Origin: Ginglymostoma cirratum
Lineage: Eukaryota
Direction: 5' to 3'
Length of the DNA stretch: 64,000 bases
NCBI GenBank assembly: GCA_024137785.1
Contig: JAHRHZ010000009.1
Span: 6,063,990 to 6,127,989 of the forward strand
In this document: positions 13,900-27,084 of the stretch, one piece after another
Numbering within the stretch: position 1 is the first letter of the stretch
Layout of the letters: each line of letters starts with the position of its first letter
Notes under the pieces: model-generated
What the model was told of the DNA's origin: nothing
Database searches by the model: none
Seen by the model: the letters and a program-made list of their open reading frames with translations, nothing else
Program-made: the position numbers and the translations under genes

Positions 13900-16800
13900 G
13901 TAGGTGTTACATGATTTTAATGTTTATAGTTTTAGAAGACTAAGACCCAGGTAACATAATCTTTAAATAGAGAAAGCAAGCATTTTGATGCCATTTCAAG
14001 TTAGGGCTTGTAGAATTTTTCGGTTGAATTGATGCATAATTTGCAGGTTCTCATTCCAGACCTCATTGCTATGTCAATCAACTGGAGATGCATTTTGCTG
14101 CAGGGCAAGTTTTTTTTTCCCCTTGAGTATGACATTCTCATTCAGAAGAGAATCTGGCCCAGTTGCCCAGATACTGTGAAATTCACACAATTGGACAGCT
14201 GAGAAAAACCATCTGAAGTCTACTCACCTACTGTCCCAGTGGGAAGGCAGGGTAATAAAAACCAAGATCTGTGTGCAGATATAAAAAGGTTGAAGATGCA
14301 TTGCATATCTTAAACAAGTAGGTTAATCAGGCAGATAAAATAGCACACAAGGTAATTAGTGAAAGCAGGGAGCAAATCCAACTTGGAAGTCTTTAATATT
14401 TGTCTCACCGGTTATTATGTTATATCCTTTGCATATGCCAGCCCTGAGCTAAGTCCATTTTAAGTGAATAGCAATGATATATTAAACCTTTGTTCTGTCT
14501 ATTAATTACCTGGGGTAATTAGTAGAATTACTGATATGCAAATTAGACTCAGATATGACAAATAGTCCCTTTTAAAAATATGTATCATGTCAAAAAAATT
14601 TGACATATTGAGACCTCCAGACACGTTTTAATCTCAAATGTAGTGTTTAATTAGACTTTAATTTTTGACAATACATGTAATATTTGACAGTTAGGGTCTT
14701 TGGACAAAATGGAAGTTGAGGAGTTATGTTCAATAAAAATTTTTAATTGACAATTTAATGTGCTTTTCAAAAACCTGATAAGGTTTAAAGAAGCGTACAT
14801 GTGAGTTCCTGGCTTGTGGGTTTCAAATGCTCTTTAGAAGATGTTCCAAATGTACATGCAGCATTATAACTTATCACAGGTAGTATTCTAATTTGCTGTA
14901 TCAATGTACAACAAGAATAATCAGTTTTAATACCTTTTTACACGTAAAACTGGTTTCTAATTCATTTTTAAATCACCAGAGAGAAATTGCTTCAGAGTGT
15001 TACCACTATCACAGAAAGGGTCAAAGTTCTAATTGTGATGGTGCCAGTGGCCATGAGGATGTCCCTATTGGTCTGTGACCCCACATGCACAGTCAAAGTA
15101 TTAAAGGCACCAGAAAGAAGTTCTGTTGAACCTCCAGAAATAGAATGAATATGGCTGCAAGTGAAGAAGTGACTTGCACAACAAAGAGCATAAAGCAAAT
15201 CAAATTGCATTTAGCAACCAGACATGATCGGCAACAGAAGGGGACTCCTGGCTGCTAAGAACGCCATCAGAAATAGAGATGGATGTGTCACATGTCTGCT
15301 GCCTTGCATTCTTAGAAGCATGAAAGGCTAAGGATATGGGCTTCCACAGCATCTATGGTAAGGGTCTCTATTATTGTCCTTTCAAGAACATTTCATTTCC
15401 TGATTTTTAACAGTTAGCCAATGATATCTATACTGAGTTTTTATTAAAAGTGGTTGAGCATTTGTTTATCTGTCATGTGCTAGCTGTGTTGCTGTGTTAC
15501 TGGAAAGGTAATTAATATGAATGATTGTTAGGAATGAAACATTGTTAATATGGATCTTTTCTCTCTGTGCAGATTAACCTGGGTTGTCTGAAGTCCAAGG
15601 ACATGCACCACATGCACTGTCACAGCAAATGCAAGTGCTATTTTATACAGCCTCAAATTAAATTGAGGCACCCAAATTAATAATGGTGACTGTATGATAT
15701 ATTAGTACACCATTCATTGAAGATGTAAGACAGCCACTAGTCAAGGGTAAATTGAAATAGCTGTTGCAAAGTCACAGGTAGTGCAAGATGGAGATGCTGA
15801 CATAAATGTAGCTGAGTATGGAGCTCAGACGGTTGGTTTTCATAAAGTTTCAGCAAAAACATCCTTCATCGATTTTGAAACACAAATAGGGAGTTGAAGA
15901 TAAATTTTCCTGCCCAATCTGTAGTTTTATGATTTGCCAATGCATATGTTAGGAGTGTTTTGCAAAGTCCTCTGACTCTCATTGCATTTCACCTGGAATC
16001 AACTTTTCATTTGCTTTGTGATCTGGATTTCAGCTCTTGGGAGCAGGTGGGGGGAGGGGGTGCACAAAGAAAATTCCAATTGAAAATAACAAATTAGAAA
16101 ATCTTAGTATTCCAGTAAGACTGATAAGTTTACTTATAATATATCCAGTAGCCCAGCCTTGACTGAAAAGTACGTAAGCCTAGAGCGCGTGCAGAACATT
16201 TGAAACATGGCCCTGTGAATATAGCCTCTTTTTGGTAATAATTTCTCTGGTCACCTCGGAGAAAGGCTGGAGAAACTTTTGCGGGGACGTGCAAAAGACA
16301 CAATATTCAGTTCAAATTGCAAGAGTTTGATGTTACTATATCCTTGTATTATGATTCAGTAGGGTTAGATATTGGGTAATACCGGCACATCTCTATCAGC
16401 AGTTCCCTTGGACTTCTTATAAGAGGGTGCACTCTAGAGCCTGCATTTTTCAAATGGACATTTAGGTATAATGAGGAATGACAGTAAATTTCAAGAACAA
16501 AAAATAATCCAATAATAGACAAGGAGCTATCTTTCATCAGGAGCTATCTGTAAATCAGTCAAGGAGATGTACTTAATTGAAGTGGGTTCTCAGAAGATGT
16601 CTGCAAAAATCCCAGGTTAGTACTGTTTTCACCCTGTAGTATATTGTTTGAGTACTTCAGAAAATTTTTCACTGATACTGAGCTTGACGCATCTCTTTCT
16701 ACTCATGTTAAAACAGGACCGTGATTTCTGTTGTCTGGAGAGCTTTCTTGGCTATTAGACTATATTACATAATAGTCCACATGATTAACACCTGCAGAAA

Positions 16801-17470
16801 AGTACACCAGTCAACTAGGTGAAGTTGACATGGTTAAATAATTTAAAATGTTACCGCCGGATTTTGCAATGATCAGAATTTCAGGAAACATTATTGGATC
16901 TGAAAAATAACAAAAAAGTGAATTTCTTGACTGTGTTCTCCTGTACGTTGTTGCTTTCTGGGATGCAGTTTCACAGCAAGCTCCCTTAAATATTTCACTA
17001 GAGAAGACCTCATCCATCTTTGCAGTGTCTGCAACACAAGCCACAGGGAACTGTCAAAATGATCTTATAAGTTACAGATCTGAGAAAAGATATTTGCAAG
17101 GAACTAAATCTGCAAGAAAAAGGCAGGAGGATCATGCAGCTCAACTTAGAGCTGTTAAGGTCGTGATGGATTAAGAGGAATCGGGTTTTGTTGACTGAGT
17201 GTAAATTCACAAGAATAAAATGAAAGTACATATAAGAAATTTTAAGCAGATAAACATTTAAGATTCATAAGCCATGCAAATCTATCAACAAACTGGAACT
17301 GAATAAATTAGTTATCATAATCTGAGCCATATGTGCATTTTTAAGTTTCAGTAATGCAGGCAAAATGCAATTTAGATCAATGTAACATCCACTCCAAATT
17401 AAACATGTGAACTTTATTGTGGCTTGAGTGTAAACAATTCCATCTATTAAATTCATTTAAAATCATTTTA

Positions 17471-17750
17471 GGGGCAGCACAGTGGGCCGCACTGCTGCCT
17501 TACAGCACCAGGAACCCAGGTTTGATTCCTGCCTCAGGCACCTGTCTCTGTGGGATTTGCATATTTCATCCCATGTCTGTGTGGGTTTCCTCCCATTGTA
17601 GCAGAGATATGCAGGTTTAGGTGGATTGGCCATGCTAAATTGGCCCATGGTGTCCAACATGTTCAGTCTAGGAAGATTAGACATAGTAGTGGGGTGGGTG
17701 TGGACTCAATGGGCTGAATGGCCTGCTTCCACACTGTAGAACTTCTATAA
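17471..17750 (+). mobile_element. HE1-type (V-domain) tRNA-derived SINE
   Basis: tRNA-like head (ggcagcacagtgg...ggtttgattcc), V-SINE-like core gtctgtgtgggtttcctcc and CR1-like tail atgggctgaatggcctgcttcc. Inverse copy at 56761-57055. Confidence 0.85.
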
Positions 17751-18884
17751 TTCACATGGAATCAGAGATGCTCTTTTCAAATGATTGTTTTTTTTTCCCT
17801 CCTAAAACAAGAAATTGCAGCTTTTTAAAAAATATATACATAAATTGTATGGCTTTTACCCACTAAACAAATTTAAACAGCAAGAGTAAATGCATTATCA
17901 TTCACGGTCTGTACTTTCCAATGCTGAGAGAATGAACATAACTTGTAGAGAATCCGGACGTGAGCTTGGAAGCAAAAAAAAGTACTGAGAAAAGCAAAAA
18001 ACCTCATCTAATTTATATACAGCATCCTACCTTAAGGCTTTCATAACCCTCAAATATAACATTCTGAGCAAAGGTCTCTACTCTTTCTTCAAGAGATCCA
18101 GACGCCAAGGCAAAACATTAACATTGGTGTGCACAACAAGTATGTGCTGCAGGAAATCATTTCTGCTAAATATCTCATTTGGCCATGCTCTAAGTTACTG
18201 TGTTATATTGGTGCAGCTAGCCTGAGTCATTAGGACAGCCTTATGACTCCACTAACCCTTTCTGTCTCCACAGGACCCTTCTCAATTTCATTTCCTGCAC
18301 CACTGAGAACCAACAGCCACTCCCTACCAACAGCCTGCACCCCAGGTGCCAACATGCCCATCTCCACTGCTAGACATGCACCCCAAATGACATTGTCCCC
18401 TCTTTCTCCTGCCACCCTCCCTGACGACCCACCTTCATGATGCCCAAGATCAAATTACAGAAGACCATAACACTTAACCACTTCATCTATCTGGCACCCT
18501 ATCCACCTAGCACCATAACCCCTTATGCTAATGTGCCACTAACCCTACACTTACCTATAAATGGGTTAGTATCTAGGAATCTAGCTGTGCTGCTGGATGT
18601 TGAGATTTAAATGTTACACTCCAACTGCTGCAAAAAGAAGTGTAATTACCCTGTGCTGTCAGGGAGCTGGTTGATTTCAGGTACATTACCCTTGAACTCC
18701 AGGTTAGAAATGCAGACCTCCATCCTCATGGGGAAAGAAAATCAGACAAGGATTGACAATCAGATTGCCAATCCTTAGAATATCCAGACCAATCACAATC
18801 AGTCCTTCAGATTCACACAGAACTAACTTGGTAGATTTTGTGCAAGTGGACACACTTGTTGTGCTTCGAATCGATCAATGAGGG

Positions 18885-19205
18885 AATGCGATGGCCTAGT
18901 GGTATTATTGCTGGACTGTTAGTCTAGAGACCCAAATAGCATTCTGGGGACCCAGGTTTGAATCCTGCCTCAGCAGATAGTGGAATTTGAACTCAATTAA
19001 GAATCTCATGAAGACTGTGATTCGATTGTCAGGAAAAACCCATCTGGCTCACTAATGTCCTGTAGGGAAGGAAGCTGCCATCCTTATCTGGTCTAGCCTG
19101 CATGTGACTATACCCATAGCAATGTAGTTGACTCTTAACTGCCCTGGCAATTAGGGATGGGCAATAAATGCTGCCTAGCCAGCGATGCCCTCGTCCCGTG
19201 AATGT
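18885..19205 (+). mobile_element. tRNA-derived SINE with L2-like tail
   Basis: A box tggcctagtgg, B box ggtttgaatcc, tail gggatgggcaataaatgctg. Homologous to 41895-42100(-) and 61915-62185(+). Confidence 0.8.
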
Positions 19206-19519
19206 ATTTTTTAAAAAATACTCTGGGGAAGCAATGCATTCAGCAACAGTTCTTAAAAGGGTTTAATTGAAGGAATGTTCAGCAAAAGATTCTACTGAAG
19301 ATAAGCAGTTCTTTGATGGTATTCTAGCTCAATTTCTCTTATAGTGTTATACTGGCCTCCAAGACAAAATGGTGCAAAATCATATAGAGCACAATCTCGC
19401 ATGCAGTTTCTCAAATAACTTGAACCCATCATGTTAAAGTTAAGCTTAAGAAGTCCAAAGGCGTAAGGCACAGTGATACTGAGCCTCTCACACACTCATA
19501 TCAAGCACTGTTTTATAAT

Positions 19520-20073
19520 TGTATCAGAGATAAAAGGTACTGCAGATGCTGGAGAATCCGAGATAACAAGCGTGGGGCTGGATGAACACAGCAGGNNNNN
19601 NNNNNNNNNNNNNNNNNNNNNNNNNNNNNNNNNNNNNNNNNNNNNNNNNNNNNNNNNNNNNNNNNNNNNNNNNNNNNNNNNNNNNNNNNNNNNNNNNNNN
19701 NNNNNNNNNNNNNNNNNNNNNNNNNNNNNNNNNNNNNNNNNNNNNNNNNNNNNNNNNNNNNNNNNNNNNNNNNNNNNNNNNNNNNNNNNNNNNNNNNNNN
19801 NNNNNNNNNNNNNNNNNNNNNNNNNNNNNNNNNNNNNNNNNNNNNNNNNNNNNNNNNNNNNNNNNNNNNNNNNNNNNNNNNNNNNNNNNNNNNNNNNNNN
19901 NNNNNNNNNNNNNNNNNNNNNNNNNNNNNNNNNNNNNNNNNNNNNNNNNNNNNNNNNNNNNNNNNNNNNNNNNNNNNNNNNNNNNNNNNNNNNNNAGGCC
20001 CGAAACGTCAAGTTTTCCTGCTCCTATGATGCTGCTTGACCTGCTGTGTTCATCCAGCCCCACACCTTGTTAT
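19520..20073. mobile_element. Young Penelope-like family A inverted-pair element spanning an assembly gap
   Basis: gataacaagcgtggggctggatgaacacagcagg [gap] ...cctgctgtgttcatccagccccacaccttgttatc are mutually complementary. Direct repeat cactgttttataat at 19506-19519 and 20074-20087. Confidence 0.75.
19596..19995. other. Assembly gap (400 N)
   Basis: Run of N; same length as the second gap, so probably a fixed placeholder. Confidence 1.
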
Positions 20074-20324
20074 CACTGTTTTATAATATTCACATTATGC
20101 AATAATGTACTGTGAGAAAGTCATCGAAGCACCTTCTGATTTTAATAACTAGAGAACATCAGGTCAATTGACGGATTGCTTGAAAATGTTCTTTGCAAAA
20201 TGAATTTTGAGATTTTAGAAAGGAAGAACAGACTTGTTTTCATGCACAGTTTCTTTAAGCATGCTTGTACCTCATGGTATCCTACCGCACAATCACATCT
20301 CTGCGAAGGTAAAGGAGAAAATAA

Positions 20325-20720
20325 ACTGGTATTTATAATATGCCTATCATATCCTCAGGATACACCAGAACATGAATTATTTTTGAAATACAGTCACAGT
20401 TATAAAGGCAATCACAGCAGCTAATTTGTACACGTGGTTCCACCAACGAAGAAAGAGTGAATGACAATATAACCTTTCTTCGTGGTATTATTTAAAGCAG
20501 AATCCTTTGTATGAACCACTTGTTTCCTGACACAATGCACTGCAAAGCCGGATTAGTATGGGCGTGTGCCATAACACATATGTGGACAAACAATTATTAT
20601 TCTGAAGTCTGCCATGGTACAGTATTCCTTTGTCACAGCTCATAATAGCAATCAGAATTTCTTTTGTCAGAAACCATACTGCTGCGGGAAGGGTCAGGTG
20701 TGTAAATCTAAGATGGTCCG
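20325..20720 (-). mobile_element. Decayed SINE with L2-type tail (possibly Deu-domain SINE)
   Basis: Reverse-oriented tail-like tract ggtatttataatatgcctatcat...gcagctaatttgtacac; recognition from memory only. Confidence 0.35.
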
Positions 20721-23700
20721 TAAGCAGCACCAACATGTTAGTTAATTGGAAAGAGATGTCCTTGCAGTAGAGATTCACAGATCTCGTAGTGTCCAAAGTT
20801 CAGTTCTGACACACATCAGTCAAGAAGAGACTGTGCTCGGCAAAGAAATGGGTGGAGTAGGAAAGGTTTGTGTTGCTATCCCTCAAGATAACAATGTATC
20901 CAGTCAAACTGAACCAAATGTCAGTAGGCAGAGAGAGAACAAGACTACAAAGTGACTACAAGCCTTGGACTGAGCAGGATCAAACAACTGGTAGGCCACC
21001 AGAGATCAAGGGGGATGCATAGAGTGAGTCACAGTACAATGGGTATGGTGGAGCAAGTGTTGGATTCCCACTGAAGTTAATATAGTCACATGATCCTGCA
21101 TGATCCCTGTCTTTGTTACAGAAACTAAGAATTCAGCACTCCCATGGCTGTCTGACATTCCTTTAAAACCCATTGTATGTGGTACTCTGATTATCAGTAT
21201 CCTAGAAAGCCACCAGTGAAACCTTCCAGCTAGCCAGCAATTTTATCCTTTTCATGAAATAATCAGTTTGGTGATGAAGTAGGCAGAATGTTATACATTA
21301 TCTGCATTGTAGCAACGCAAAGGAAAGCGGTATTTGCAGACCATACAACGATTTGAAAAAAAATCTCCTGTATTTAATTAATCTTTTGCTTGGAGGATTC
21401 ATCTGTAATTATTACAAGAGCTACAGGAGCACCACAGATTTCAATTGATGGATTAAGAGAAAGTACAGAGGGAAGAAAATTATTTAAGGGATTTTTTTTG
21501 ACAAGTTGTTTGAGAGCAAGCTTCCCAATTTCGGTGTCTGATGAACTGATCTTTGAAATGTTGTGTGAATGTTTCACCTATTCCTTCTTCATGGAATACT
21601 GCTTTTACCTTCCTGTTCTGGCATGGTGTTGTTTTTGTTGCCCCACAGGATGGTGGGATTCTGCAGAGCGAGTTTATACAGTGGCTGACAATAGTTTTGG
21701 TCAGTACTGCCATGTGCTCTCTGATGCATTGAGAAATATGCATCAGAAGCCATCCGCCCACTTCTAAAGTAGGGGTGTAACCGGAAAAAAAATCATTAGA
21801 ACTTCCAGAAGAGGAATTGATTCAAAGATGAGGGTCTCAGACCAGCTGCACAGAGTTTAGACAAAGAACTTCAATTTCATGTGTATCCTGTGCAAGATCT
21901 AAATGGCTGCAATTCACAAATCTCTGCAACTAGGTCCACAGCATTCTGGCAGAATTGACCATCCCTCTGGCTCTACCCCCCGAGAAAGATAGGCTGTACT
22001 AACTCTGACAGCCTCTATCCCTAGATCACTTTGTCATATGTTGCACTGACAGCTTGTGGTTTGGGGAAGAGTGCTGCTTGCAATCCTCTTTTCTATGCTC
22101 AGTTTAGGAGGCTGACCAATTAGCAGTTTTGGAGGATAAATAGGTATTGAGCTTTTATAAGAGGCATTTGTTTTATACAATGAGATATAGTTGATTGCAT
22201 TGATAGCAAATCAGTACAAGTTGCGTTGCCTTGTTTGGCGTAATTGTAAGGACTATTATGGGCTGGAGATGACCTGTCTTTATTGGCACCTTCTGCTGCA
22301 CTAACTTCACCGCCCAAACTCTGTGTGACATCATCAGATTGGGTAGAGTTAAATGCTGACTCAAAATCAACTCTTTTAGAACCATTAACTTATACGATGC
22401 ACTTTTCATACTCATACTGAGGAAAATTGGTTTACAATACTATTTGTTTGGAAACTTAAGTTAGTTACTTAAAATTTGAGGCTGTGGAAATTTTGACAGT
22501 GACTGTCAGCTGGCACTCTTCCCTGATAAATCTTACCCTCTGGAGGCACAGCCCTTCAGTCAATGCTCCTGGAATAGCATACTTGTGTAGAGAACAGCAA
22601 TAAGATAGTACTGTTCAAAGTATTTGCCGCCAGACGTCTTTGGACGCTGCTTTACTGTCATGTTTACTGGCATTCCTTAACTAAGTTCCAATGGAAACAT
22701 TGAATAGATATAATTTTAGGCAGAGATCAGAACGTTGAAACTCTACTATGTATTCGACTTGTCATTACAAGCAAGCAGAGTACTGCTTGTGCAATGTCTG
22801 TGTCTTGAAAATATTTCTGTTCAATTAGCAAAACATCTCAACAGTAAACAGCAAAGCTGTCTCCAGCATAACGTATGAATCCTAATCTTTCCACTACCCC
22901 TCGAGTTCTAACACTCCAGTCTGGAGTAACGCTTCCTTGAGGGAAATATGCATCTGTGCAAATGCTTGACAGAATAGGTTCAGAGAAAATAAGTGAAAAG
23001 ATCACTTGGAATCCCAAAATGCATATTATAATCTGAGAAAGAGGGAGATAAGAATATCACTCTTCCTGAAAATGTTGCTTCTAAAAATCCACTTGAGCAG
23101 TGTTTCAGAATGCCATCGAACAATGGAGCACTGCACTAACTTGATAGGAAGCAAAGACTTAATAAATGATGGCAAAAACTTTTGTCAGACACAGTGGCCC
23201 CGTCCCCCAACTTAACCTGTCAGTGAGAGCCCATCTCCACTGAGTTGGGAAGCCACAATCTAATTTTACAGTTGTCGAGCTGTTTATTGGTTTCGGCTGT
23301 TGCTTCCAGCTCATCTAAGTGAATGCCTTGCCTCTAATAGTTGCTGTTCAGTCAGATGTTTAGCTGTTATTCAGTCCCAGCAGCGTACTCGAGAACAGTA
23401 ACAATTACTGACATTGGTACATTTCACCTGGGCCAGCCAGGCTGTCTTGGGTGAGGCTTTGGGGGCAGCAGTTAGGTACCAGAGTTGGGGGGAAATGGGG
23501 AAGAGTGGGGCAGTGATTGACAGTGGAGAGGATACCTAACGGGCACAGCGTACCCGAACAGATGCTGCCTGATTTGCTGAGTATTTCTCTTTTAAATTTT
23601 CAGCTTTTATTTCAGATTTTCAGCATCTGTGGTTTTTCGCTTTTGCCCAGCTGGAGGCTTTATGACAGGAGGTAGAATTCTGTGTTCTCGACCATTGTAA

Positions 23701-25482
23701 CATAAGCTGAAAATGAGCTCCTGAGCATCACCAACCAGAGGTGCAATGGTTGGCTATCAAGCAGAGTATTATTGAATAAAACTGGGAAATCAAACCTGAC
23801 ATTCGGCTGAGTGCTACCTCTGAACACTGTACTTCATTAAAGTGCTTGTAGATGCTATATACATGCTAACATTTATCTGGAAGGAAAGGAGAGTGTGGAT
23901 TACATGTGTGTATTCTAAAGTGTACTATTAAAATCAATTGGTATGAAATTAAGATCATTAATGAATTGTCCTCCAGTACTTCAAGAGCTAGCAGTACACT
24001 TTTTAGTGTAGGCTGCTGTAAGAGATTTTGCAATATAGTTGATGACTATTCATTTAATATAAAGTATGAGGGAAAACAAAAACTGATTCCTTTGTGACAG
24101 CATTAACCTTTTCTATCTATTCCCAGAAACATTAATTTCAATATGTTGTTTTTCTTATGATCAATTATCTAAATTCTTTTTGTCATTTTAATTGAATACT
24201 TTCAATTTATATTCATTTAAGTATATTAAAACTTGAAACCTATCACAGGTTGTGTTTGTACATAAATATATTGAGCAGGCTCCTGATTAGAACATCTAAG
24301 CTTTATTGTATGTGAAATATATCTGAGAATTCTTGTGAAAAATAATTTTGGATAGCTGCTACCTTAAATTTTGTTTACATGAAATTGCCAAATAAATTGC
24401 CAACAGCTTGACAATTGTACTTCTGGATATGTGAGTGCAAGACCTTTAAGCAATAGCAAAGCATGTCTGTATGCCTGTCTGAGCAATACAAGGTGCCCTT
24501 TTCACAAGACGTTCTCCCGAATCCCCTTTCAGAAATGCCTAAAGGGAAACACTCAGAAACCTCTCATCAATCAATTAGATTAGAGAATTTTCCTTGAAGA
24601 AGTGGCATAGCAAGAGGTGGAAGTTTGCTGTTTCTGCACAATGGATGTACACTTGTGTAACCGTGAAGGAATGATATCTGCGATAACTTCAGCATGAGCT
24701 TGTCTCTGAAGTACAGCAGGGGGTTTGTCAGAGTTTGATGATAATTCCACCGTGTTCACATCCACAAGTGAATCCCTGCAGAAGCACTATTGTGCCAACA
24801 GTGCCATCATGTGGTAACATTCATGTAAATACCACTAATTCTCAAAGAGTCGTTTTAAGAGGGGAAGAGCACACGCAGCTCCACACCTGCTTTCACGTTG
24901 TCTGACGGTGGGGCACAGTTGCTTTGTCTCTGGCTGGCATTTATGTAATATTAGTTTTGGTTGGAACCTCGTAAGAAACTGGAGTCTGTGTTTGAAGAGA
25001 TGAACTCTCTGCCATCATTAGCTGCAATAGCCCAGTGACGAGATGTCATTAAATGCCAAGCATACACAATATAGCTGATTTTATAAAAATTCAGTAAATA
25101 TTCCTGTTTGGTGATTTTCAGGTTACATCTAAAAGAATAGGATTTCGAAAACAATCGCCAACAGTCTTTGGAACTTAATGTATTCAATAAAACTCATTTG
25201 GTAATATAAGACTCCACATATTTAAGTACCTTAAGTATTTGCAGTGAATAAAATCTGAATTAGTATAATAAAAGATTGCTTTTCTGGGAAGGCAGAGCTT
25301 TCTATCCATAAGAGAGAGAAAAACAAGTCTCTGCTTTCAACAAATGTTTGAATTGTTTTGGACAGTGATAGCAAAACTCCCTCTAGGTATTCTATTGTAT
25401 AACAGATCGTTGATGGCTGCACCATTGTTTGAATAATTGATAAACAATCTGCAATGCATTACCTACTATTCTCTTCTTTAAG

Positions 25483-25636
25483 GAAGATGAAATCATGCCT
25501 GCAAAGTTTGAAGAGGAATCTCTCATCTGGGTTGCTGCAAAGCAGCCAGTCAAAGATCACGGCTTCTTGAGTCCGAAGATTTTGGAATTGTGTGGTGCTC
25601 TCCCTGTATACTGGCTGCGTCCAATGTATACAAAAG
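25483..25636 (+). CDS. CNMD: CNMD coding exon, equivalent to human exon 5 (C-terminal half of BRICHOS)
   Basis: ctcttctttaag|GAA...AAAG|gtaacc; 154 nt, phase 0/1. Encodes EDEIMPAKFEEESLIWVAAKQPVKDHGFLSPKILELCGALPVYWLRPMYTK (human ...IMPVKYEENSLIWVAVDQPVKDNSFLSSKVLELCGDLPIFWLKPTYPK). Confidence 0.97.
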
Positions 25637-26463
25637 GTAACCAATGATGATGATGAAGCAATATCATTTTATTTGTAAAGGGTACATAGCAATGGCTTCA
25701 GGTGAAACAGAGGCCTGAATTTTCATTCTGAAGTTGGGAATGCAGAGTCGGGAAATTCCCAACTTTTGCAAATCCAACTCGGGAGAAAGTGCTCCACAGA
25801 GACATATTTTTATTCTGGAAGTTCAGAGGCTATCAAATTCAAAGTTGTATAAAAGGCCAGCCTCAGAGCTCCAGGGTGCTTAAGGAAGAGAACTGAGAGT
25901 CCTCACTCCTCTACACACTCCTCGTGCCTCATCCAGGCAAACCAATGTCACATCATGTTCCACACCCACTTCCCATGGCCCCGTATGCACCTGATGATAA
26001 CCTATGCACCTGTACACATCCCCATGACCCTTTTTGGAACCTATGCCAATTAATGGCAACCCATGCCAACACCTCACCATCCATTGTTCTCACATATTCC
26101 ATGACAGCACTGTTTCCTGCCACTCGGCCAGTTTTGTATCCATGCTGCTACTATCCCTTGAGCTCTAACATTGCTGGCAGGCCTGGTATGTAACGGTTTA
26201 TAAAATGCCTTTTGGAAGCCTATATGCACTACTTCATCCACCCTCTCTGCTACATCATCAAAAAGCTGAAGGAAGTTAATTAAATATGATTTGCCCTATT
26301 TTTAATTCTGTATATGGCCAATGGGTTCAGAAAATATTTGAGCCATAAATCTGGCCTGGGTTCAGCCCAAGTCCAATAAATGGATAACATTGCTTTTAAC
26401 CTATAAAAATAAAATTTTCTTGAGGGTTGTCAATTTGCCCTGTAATCACTGCATTGGTTACAG

Positions 26464-26708
26464 ACGGCCAAAGGAAGAAACGATCAGTGGAAGATGAAAG
26501 ACCTCGAATACTTGAACCCTACTACAGTGAGTATGACTACGGCATTGGGGCTGTAGACGAATATGGTCAAGTTGTGGGAGCAGCTGCTGAAGTTGACATT
26601 GACACAACTGATGTCCAAGCTCAGGATGCAAGAGCAGAACAAAGAGTGAATGACACAGCTCCAGAAGAAGGGGTTCCATCTACTTTCAATGCAGAAAACC
26701 CCTATCAT
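26464..26708 (+). CDS. CNMD: CNMD coding exon, equivalent to human exon 6 (furin site RKKR and N-terminal part of the mature peptide)
   Basis: ttacag|AC GGC CAA AGG AAG AAA CGA...TAT CAT|gtaagt; 245 nt, phase 1/0, compatible with both neighbours. Contains RKKR (human RERR), an N-glycosylation sequon NDT (human NET) and the end motif FNAENPYH (human FNPDNPYH). Confidence 0.93.
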
Positions 26709-27084
26709 GTAAGTATTAAATTGCCCTTGAGGCATTCAGGATTACTTTACAAGGATTGTACGCGACAGTTGATGAAATAACAGAGCCTAGATAAGCATGG
26801 GTTTCTGTGCCAGAAACTAATTTAACATGTTAAATAATGCATAAAAGAACTAGAAGCATGCAGCAGATTGTCAGTTGGCACTACAATGCCTGAGTCTCTG
26901 TAACATCTAGGTACTTTAATAAGTTCAAATCTTATGACAATGACTTTGTGTGGAGGGGCTGTTGATTGCGCAGTTATTGATGATATTGTCTGTTTTTTTT
27001 GTGTATATTCAGGATCTTATATGTGACACAACAGAACTGGGTGGTGGTTGGAAAATCAGTACAAAACCTGATTCATCCTTGATA

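Noticed and set aside
19473-20115. Long ORFs of 170-190 aa (also 60151-60964)
   Set aside because: Artefacts of translating through N runs.
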